Positions 58,701 to 64,000 of a DNA stretch of 64,000 bases are shown here, piece by piece. The notes below the pieces were generated by a model. The model did not search any database and was not told where the DNA came from. It saw nothing but the letters and a program-made list of their open reading frames with translations. The position numbers and the translations under genes were made by a program. This DNA comes from Fidelibacterota bacterium (GTDB lineage: Bacteria; Fidelibacterota; Marinisomatia; Marinisomatales; UBA2128), in contig JBHHUM010000001.1 of the NCBI GenBank assembly GCA_046861645.1, positions 27,379 through 91,378 on the forward strand. The letters are read 5' to 3'. How positions within the stretch are numbered: position 1 is the first letter of the stretch; each line of letters opens with the position of its first letter.

Positions 58701-60017
58701 ATGGATGAGAACAAACGTGTACTCTCCACTTACAACATACCTTATGGTGCAGTTTTAACTGTGAAGAATAGTCAGGTAGTCGAAAGAGGAGATATATTAT
58801 TCACCTGGGATCCTTATTCAGATGTCATCCTTGCCCGGCAGAGTGGTTATGTAAGATTTGTCGATATGATCGAGGGAGAGACCTACCAGGTTGAAGCTGT
58901 TGAAGGTGGCAAGAAACAGATTGTAACTATAGAATCCAGAAATCGACGTTTATCGCCCCATATTGAAATCCTGGACAAGGATGAAAACATATTAGCGGGA
59001 GGTACTATTCTACCGGTAAAAGCTGTTTTAATGGTAGAAGATGGTAAGAAAGTAGATGCTGGTGATGTTCTTGTAAAGATCGGGAAGGAAATTGGTAAAA
59101 CACGTGATATTACTGGTGGACTTCCCCGAGTGGCTGAACTTTTTGAAGCACGAAATCCTAGAGAACCAGCAGTCGTTACCGAAATCGATGGTATTGTAAA
59201 GTTTGGTAGAACCAAACGGGGTATCCGTGAAATACTGGTAGAAGGAGCTCATGATGAAGTTCGTAAATATAATATTCCTTATGGACGCCATGTCATCGTT
59301 CACGAGGGAGACCGAGTAAGTGCAGGTAATCGCCTCTGCGAGGGCGCCATCTCTCCAACAGATATCTTGAATATCTTGGGTCCTGAAAGAGTGCAGGAAT
59401 ATCTGGTCAATGAAATTCAGGAAGTTTACCGCTTGCAAGGTGTACGCATTAATGATAAACATATTGAAGTTATCGTACGCCAGATGATGCAGAAGTTGGA
59501 AGTTGACGATCCGGGGGATACTAAATTCTTACCCATCGATCGAGTAAGTCGTACCGACTTATTTATCGGAAATCGCAGAATTGAACAATCTCGTTTTATC
59601 ACTGACCCCGGAGACTCGGACTTTATGGAAGGTGATTTGGTTGATAAGACTGAGTTAAAGATGGTCAATGATAGTCTTAAAGAGGAGGGAAAGACACCAG
59701 CAAAAAGTCGTAAACCTAAACCAGCTACTTTTAGACCCCTTTTGTTGGGAATAACTCGGGCGTCACTGAATACTGAGAGTTTTATCTCTGCGGCTTCTTT
59801 CCAGGAGACAACACGAGTGTTAACAGATGCTTCTACTGAAGGTAAAACTGATTATCTTCGTGGATTGAAAGAGAATGTGATCTTGGGACGTCTAATTCCT
59901 GCTGGAACTGGATTTGATAAGTACAGGAATCTATTGGTTCAAAATCCCCTTGAGGATGAAAAAGCTGAAAAAAGTGTCCTCGAAGCAGCTGAATTTGAAG
60001 CTGAAATGGCAGTTTAA
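55731..60017 (+). CDS. rpoC: DNA-directed RNA polymerase subunit beta'
   Basis: It is 1428 aa and has the zinc-binding [23 protein letters not shown] and the catalytic NADFDGDQM. The start is TTG, with a GGAGG RBS. Confidence 0.98.
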   Translation: MVYIKPRKIGQHQDFSAVSIGLSSPEEILRRSYGEVLKPETINYRSYKPEKDGLFCEKIFGPVKDYECHCGKYKGIRYRSIICDRCGVEVTRKRVRRERGGHITLAVPVVHIWYLRSVPGKLSHLLGIPTRDLERVIYHESYMVINPGASDKKPLDLVEEEEYQTLETEFGKRAVSEEDVDEDNFFYAAMGGTAIRDALKNLDITSTIKELLHTIKTSKSKQKRSDALKRLKVVNAFYPSPDRKRLNRPEWMVVTVLPVIPPELRPLVPLEGGRFAASDLNDLYRRVIIRNNRLKQLMEIKAPDVILRNEKRMLQEAVDTLFDNARRGTAMSSGTRRPLKSLSDMLRGKQGRFRQNLLGKRVDYSGRSVIVVGPELKLHECGLPKDMAIELFKPQLIHELIARGIINTPRSAKLMVEEKRPEVYEILDYVVKDHPVLLNRAPTLHRLGIQAFQPILVDGKAIQIHPLVCAAFNADFDGDQMAVHVPLSVEAQTEARMLMLSSHNILHPAHGYPITVPSQDMVLGCYYLTKLKKSDDGEGMSFSSLDEVALAYENGAVGLHAIINVRTKDGWQKNTTVGRAIFNSILPEELGYIDEMISKKRLEKIIYDAYLLSGNHRTVQFLDDLKNLGFKYATRSGVSIAIDDVLIPAEKFDIIKRAGVEVNSIHSKYDRQIITEGERYNKVIDVWTHVTNEVAANMMNHLETDQEGFNPVYMMADSGARGSQDQIKQLAGMRGLMAKPRKSMTGGKGEIIESPITSNFKEGLSVLEYFISTHGARKGLADTALKTADAGYLTRRLVDVAQDVVIYEEDCGTINGVWISDLKEGEEVIEPLKDRIRGRVLQEDVFGETGILLKAGTPLGKKEAELISELDVGRVFIRSVLTCESNRGVCAKCYGFDLNTNKMVALGSSVGIVAAQSIGEPGTQLTLRTFHIGGTASRIIEQSQMVSKRNGSIRYSDNLEFADVRDKEAVGGKKAPKVRRVLVRNATMDVMDENKRVLSTYNIPYGAVLTVKNSQVVERGDILFTWDPYSDVILARQSGYVRFVDMIEGETYQVEAVEGGKKQIVTIESRNRRLSPHIEILDKDENILAGGTILPVKAVLMVEDGKKVDAGDVLVKIGKEIGKTRDITGGLPRVAELFEARNPREPAVVTEIDGIVKFGRTKRGIREILVEGAHDEVRKYNIPYGRHVIVHEGDRVSAGNRLCEGAISPTDILNILGPERVQEYLVNEIQEVYRLQGVRINDKHIEVIVRQMMQKLEVDDPGDTKFLPIDRVSRTDLFIGNRRIEQSRFITDPGDSDFMEGDLVDKTELKMVNDSLKEEGKTPAKSRKPKPATFRPLLLGITRASLNTESFISAASFQETTRVLTDASTEGKTDYLRGLKENVILGRLIPAGTGFDKYRNLLVQNPLEDEKAEKSVLEAAEFEAEMAV

Positions 60018-60040
60018 CTGAGAAAGGAAAAGAATCCAAG

Positions 60041-60412
60041 ATGCCGACAATTAACCAACTGGTTCGTAAGGGTAGGAAAAGGACAACTATGAAAAGTAGT
60101 TCTCGTGCTTTGAAGCAAAATCCTCAAAAGCGAGGTGTCTGTACACGAGTTTATACAACAACCCCCAAAAAACCTAACTCAGCCCTCCGCAAGGTTGCTA
60201 AGGTTAGACTAACTAACGGTATCGAAGTTATTGCCTATATCCCCGGAGAAGGTCACAACCTTCAGGAGCACTCTATTGTTCTCATTGAGGGAGGTAGGGT
60301 AAAGGATTTACCCGGTGTTAAATACCACATTGTCAGAGGGACGATGGACACCGCTGGGGTATTGGATAGGAAAACCAGCCGTTCTCGTTACGGCGCTAAG
60401 AAACCGCGATAA
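60041..60412 (+). CDS. rpsL: 30S ribosomal protein S12
   Basis: [12 protein letters not shown]...[18 protein letters not shown]...[17 protein letters not shown] is the canonical S12. Confidence 0.98.
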   Translation: MPTINQLVRKGRKRTTMKSSSRALKQNPQKRGVCTRVYTTTPKKPNSALRKVAKVRLTNGIEVIAYIPGEGHNLQEHSIVLIEGGRVKDLPGVKYHIVRGTMDTAGVLDRKTSRSRYGAKKPR

Positions 60413-60428
60413 ATGCAGGCTTGAATCA

Positions 60429-60899
60429 ATGAGGAGACGTAGACCAGAAAAGAGAGTAATAGCCCCTGATCCTGTCTATGGTGAAATGCAGGTTCAGAAG
60501 TTTATTAATCATCTAATGGAGCGGGGTAAGAAGAGTATTGCTGAAAAGATTTTCTATGATGCTATGGATATCGTTAAGAGCAAAACAAAATCTGATCCTA
60601 TCGAGCTATTCCAGAAAGCAGTAAGTAATGTAAAGCCTTTAATAGAAGTTAAATCAAGGAGAATTGGGGGTGCAACTTATCAGGTTCCCATTCAGGTACA
60701 AGCTCATAGAGCTTTCGCCTTAGCCTCTCGATGGTTAATTAGTTTTGCGAAATCACGAAAGGGTAGTATGTCGCAAAGATTGGCTGCAGAGTTGATTTCA
60801 GCAGCTAATGAAGAAGGTGGAGCTGTAAAAAAGAAGGAAGACACGCATAGAATGGCTGAAGCGAACAAAGCTTTTGCTCATTTTGGCAGGAGAAGATGA
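60429..60899 (+). CDS. rpsG: 30S ribosomal protein S7
   Basis: [18 protein letters not shown]... is the canonical S7 start, giving 156 aa. The track ORF start at 60315 is an upstream read-through extension overlapping rpsL. Confidence 0.97.
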   Translation: MRRRRPEKRVIAPDPVYGEMQVQKFINHLMERGKKSIAEKIFYDAMDIVKSKTKSDPIELFQKAVSNVKPLIEVKSRRIGGATYQVPIQVQAHRAFALASRWLISFAKSRKGSMSQRLAAELISAANEEGGAVKKKEDTHRMAEANKAFAHFGRRR

Positions 60900-62986
60900 A
60901 ACAAATTTCATTAGATAAGGTGCGGAATATCGGCATCTTGGCTCACATTGATGCCGGTAAGACAACCACTACTGAGCGAATCCTTTACTATACCGGACGT
61001 GTGCACCGTATGGGAGAAGTTCATGAAGGTGCGGCTACTATGGATTGGATGGATCAGGAGCGTGAGCGGGGTATTACCATTACTTCAGCGGCCACAACTA
61101 CTTTTTGGGAAGATCACCGAATCAATATAATTGACACTCCAGGACATATTGATTTTACAGCTGAAGTAGAACGATCTCTTAGAGTCTTGGATGGTGCTGT
61201 AGTACTTTTCTGTGCTGTGGGAGGAGTTGAACCCCAGAGCGAAACTGTATGGCGTCAGGCAAACCATTATAAAGTCCCTAGAATTGCATTTGTCAATAAA
61301 ATGGATCGCATGGGAGCAGATTTTAATAATGTACTGGAAATGATGGAAGATCGGTTAAAATCTAAACCCCTTCCTATTGTTCTTCCCATCGGTGCTGGAG
61401 AATTGTTTGCAGGGCTGATTGATCTCATTCGCATGAAGGCCATTATTTACAATGAGTCTTCATTGGGTGCCCATTATGACTTTACGGAGATTCCCGAGGA
61501 TTTAAAAGATGAGGCTGAAAAGGCTCGTCACTATCTCGTTGAAGAATCAGCTGCTTTTGATGAACAGTTATTGGAGAAGTATTTAGCTGATGAAGAATTA
61601 ACTCCCGATGAAATTAAAAGTGCAATCCGACGGGGGTGTATTGAAAATGCTTTTATTCCAGTATTATGTGGATCTGCTTTCAAGAATAAAGGTATCCAAA
61701 GATTACTCGATGCTGTAGTCGATTATTTACCTTCCCCTATCGAGATACCTGAGGTTATCGGCCATACTCCTGAAGATTCAGATATATTGTTAGCTCGGAA
61801 ACCTTCCATTCAAGAACCATTCAGCGCTCTAGCCTTTAAGATTATGACTGATCCTTATGTGGGTCGTTTAACGTTTCTACGTGTTTATTCTGGGGAGTTA
61901 AAATCGGGTAGCTCAGTAATCAATGCCAATAATAGCCGCAAGGAACGCATTGGCCGTATTCTGTTGATGCATGCGAATAAGCGAGAGGAAAGAAGTTCTT
62001 TAGGTGCTGGAGAGATAGGTGCTGTTGTAGGACTTAAACATACTAAAACGGGTCACACTATTTGTGATCCTGCCACACCAATTATTCTTGAAGCGATGGA
62101 TTTTCAAAAACCAGTAATCTCTGTTTCTATTGAAGCTGAAAGTAAAGCTGATCAGGAAAGTCTATCGGAAGCACTAATCAAACTATCTGATGAAGATCCT
62201 ACATTTACTGTTAAGACTGATGAAGAGACAGGTCAGACAGTAATTTCTGGAATGGGAGAATTACACTTAGAGATATTAGTAGATAGATTAAGGAGAGAAT
62301 TCAAGGTAAACGCTAACGTAGGAAAACCTCAAGTTGCCTACAAGGAGACCATTACCCGCTCTTCTGAAGCTGAAGGAAAGTTTATTCGTCAATCTGGAGG
62401 CCGGGGACAGTATGGTCATGTAAAGATTGCTATAGAACCGAATGAATCTGGTAAGGGCTATCACTTCGAGAGTAAGATTGTTGGGGGCACGATACCTAAA
62501 GATTATATTCCTGCTGTGGATCGTGGAATTCAGGAAGCTCTTCGCAATGGAGTCCTCTCTGGCTATCCCTTGGAGGATGTTCGCGTGGAGTTAATAGATG
62601 GGACCTATCATGAAGTCGATTCTTCGGAATTGGCTTTTAAGATTGCCGGCTCTATGGCAATCCAGGAAGCTTGCGGAAAAGCCAGACCGGTCCTGCTGGA
62701 GCCAACCATGCGGGTAGAAGTAGTACTACCTGAGCAATATCTTGGTGATGTGATGAGTGATTTATCTTCTCGTCGCGGGGAGATTCAAGGAACCAATCAT
62801 CGTAAGGATGCAGTCGTGATTAAAGCAATAGTTCCGTTAAGCGATATGTTTGGTTACGCCACAGCTCTACGCTCAATTACTCAAGGAAGAGCTGTCTTCT
62901 CCATGGAATTCGAGAAGTACCAAATAGTACCTAAATCGATCAGTGACAAAATTGTTGAGAAAGTGCACGGTAAAGCCGTCGCCTAG
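60896..62986 (+). CDS. fusA: Translation elongation factor G
   Basis: [33 protein letters not shown] and NKMDR are present in a 696-aa product. It sits in the rpsL-rpsG-fusA-tuf (str operon) order. Confidence 0.98.
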   Translation: MKQISLDKVRNIGILAHIDAGKTTTTERILYYTGRVHRMGEVHEGAATMDWMDQERERGITITSAATTTFWEDHRINIIDTPGHIDFTAEVERSLRVLDGAVVLFCAVGGVEPQSETVWRQANHYKVPRIAFVNKMDRMGADFNNVLEMMEDRLKSKPLPIVLPIGAGELFAGLIDLIRMKAIIYNESSLGAHYDFTEIPEDLKDEAEKARHYLVEESAAFDEQLLEKYLADEELTPDEIKSAIRRGCIENAFIPVLCGSAFKNKGIQRLLDAVVDYLPSPIEIPEVIGHTPEDSDILLARKPSIQEPFSALAFKIMTDPYVGRLTFLRVYSGELKSGSSVINANNSRKERIGRILLMHANKREERSSLGAGEIGAVVGLKHTKTGHTICDPATPIILEAMDFQKPVISVSIEAESKADQESLSEALIKLSDEDPTFTVKTDEETGQTVISGMGELHLEILVDRLRREFKVNANVGKPQVAYKETITRSSEAEGKFIRQSGGRGQYGHVKIAIEPNESGKGYHFESKIVGGTIPKDYIPAVDRGIQEALRNGVLSGYPLEDVRVELIDGTYHEVDSSELAFKIAGSMAIQEACGKARPVLLEPTMRVEVVLPEQYLGDVMSDLSSRRGEIQGTNHRKDAVVIKAIVPLSDMFGYATALRSITQGRAVFSMEFEKYQIVPKSISDKIVEKVHGKAVA

Positions 62987-62992
62987 TATTAG

Positions 62993-64000
62993 GGAGGAAA
63001 AGCAATGGCAAAGGCTAAGTTTGAGCGCAGCAAACCCCACTTGAATGTGGGCACGATAGGCCACGTTGATCATGGTAAGACGACGTTAACGGCGGCCATG
63101 ACATTGATACTATCCAAGCGCGGATTGAGTGAGATCCGATCGTTTGATAGTATTGACAATGCACCGGAGGAGCGGGAGCGGGGCATCACGATCCAGACGG
63201 CTCATGTCGAATACGAGACGGAGCATCGCCACTATGCACATATAGACTGTCCGGGGCACGCGGACTACATCAAGAACATGATCACAGGTGCGGCTCAGAT
63301 GGATGGAGCGATTTTAGTTGTCAGTGCAGCTGATGGGCCCATGCCACAGACCCGGGAGCATGTTTTGCTGGCACGTCAGGTGAACGTCCCGGCTATTGTA
63401 GTCTACTTAAACAAGACGGATCAGGTAGATGATCCGGAGCTTATCGAGTTGGTGGAGTTGGAGCTGCGGGAGTTATTGAGTGAGTATGAATTTCCTGGGG
63501 ATGATATACCCATTATCAAGGGGAGTGCGTTGGAGGCTTTGAATAATCCGGATGATGAGGAGAAGACGCGCAGCATCATCGAGTTGGTAGATGCTGTAGA
63601 CAGCTACATACCGGAGCCGGAGCGTGACATAGACAAGCCGTTTTTGATGCCGGTGGAGGATGTTTTTTCCATCACGGGCAGGGGGACGGTAGGTACGGGT
63701 CGAATTGAACGGGGGATAGTGAAGGTTGGTGACGAGGTGGAGATCATCGGATTAGGGGAACATGAGAAGACGGTAGTGACAGGCGTGGAGATGTTCCGCA
63801 AGGAGCTGGACGAGGGCCAGGCTGGAGACAATGCGGGGTTACTGTTGCGGGGGATTGACAAGGAGTGGTTGAAGCGGGGCATGGTAGTGTCGAAGCCGGG
63901 GAGTATCACACCGCATACGAAGTTCAAGGCGGAGGTTTACATATTGAAGAAGGAAGAGGGTGGACGACACACTCCGTTTTTCAATGGTTACCGTCCGCAG
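62993..64000 (+). repeat. Direct repeat copy B, identical to 47350-48357 (continues beyond the window)
   Basis: See copy A. The offset between copies is 15643 bp, in the same orientation. Confidence 0.9.
63005..64000 (+). CDS. tuf: Translation elongation factor Tu (copy 2, tufA-like position), 3'-truncated by window edge
   Basis: It has the same sequence as 47362-48357 and follows fusA, as in str operons. Confidence 0.98.
   Translation, partial: MAKAKFERSKPHLNVGTIGHVDHGKTTLTAAMTLILSKRGLSEIRSFDSIDNAPEERERGITIQTAHVEYETEHRHYAHIDCPGHADYIKNMITGAAQMDGAILVVSAADGPMPQTREHVLLARQVNVPAIVVYLNKTDQVDDPELIELVELELRELLSEYEFPGDDIPIIKGSALEALNNPDDEEKTRSIIELVDAVDSYIPEPERDIDKPFLMPVEDVFSITGRGTVGTGRIERGIVKVGDEVEIIGLGEHEKTVVTGVEMFRKELDEGQAGDNAGLLLRGIDKEWLKRGMVVSKPGSITPHTKFKAEVYILKKEEGGRHTPFFNGYRPQ

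Noticed and set aside
52087-59668. Numerous 60-160-aa minus-strand ORFs inside rpoB and rpoC (for example 54099-54587 and 59028-59462)
   Set aside because: All are antisense to strongly supported, highly conserved genes and show no motifs. Long stop-free antisense frames are expected here.

Overview
The window is a bacterial chromosomal segment. Sampled lines run about 40-45% GC. About 60 kb (3936-64000) is an unbroken run of plus-strand housekeeping genes:
- ffh-rpsP-trmD-rplS, an MFS transporter, selA-selB, mutS
- yicC-gmk-rpoZ, udg, dnaB, relA/spoT, an HU/IHF-like gene, ruvX, lnt
- ecfT-truA, htrA-like, psd-pssA, tatA, the batA-E aerotolerance operon plus a SPOR protein
- yebC-ruvC-ruvA, an aminotransferase, gcvT, ftsK-lolA-like, gmhB, ddl, a UpxY-like NusG paralog, cysS
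- the classical block tRNA(Thr-Tyr-Gly-Thr)-tuf-rpmG-tRNA(Trp)-secE-nusG-rplKAJL-rpoBC-rpsLG-fusA-tuf

The gene content (Bat operon, UpxY-like factor, PorV/FadL-like outer membrane protein) suggests an FCB-group or related lineage. That placement is inference only.

The only clearly accessory DNA is the first ~3.9 kb:
- An AT-rich type II restriction-modification pair on the minus strand: a TdeIII-like endonuclease (truncated by the window edge) and an HTH-fused SPPY methyltransferase.
- Facing it, an integron-type integrase (IntI) that keeps every catalytic residue but is broken by one in-frame TAG.
- A 412-bp non-coding gap before ffh.

Other points worth a second look:
- Two tuf copies are base-identical over at least 1008 bp. 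They lie as direct repeats 15.6 kb apart around the secE-to-fusA block.
- Both copies have G-ending codon usage that differs from all neighbouring translation genes.
- Ribosomal protein S16 carries a ~150-aa acidic, internally repeated tail.
- A decayed tRNA-Trp 5' half sits beside the live gene.
- A 333-bp AT-rich gap carries same-strand TACACT repeats and one perfect TTATNCACA box.

I did not find a convincing new multi-gene system. I saw no CRISPR array, no reverse transcriptase, no obvious recoding and no canonical attC/attI cores. The best lead is the possibility that the R-M pair is the proximal cargo of an integron or defence islet extending left of the window. All coordinates for tRNAs, rpmG, the partial endonuclease and the motifs come from manual reading, not from tools.
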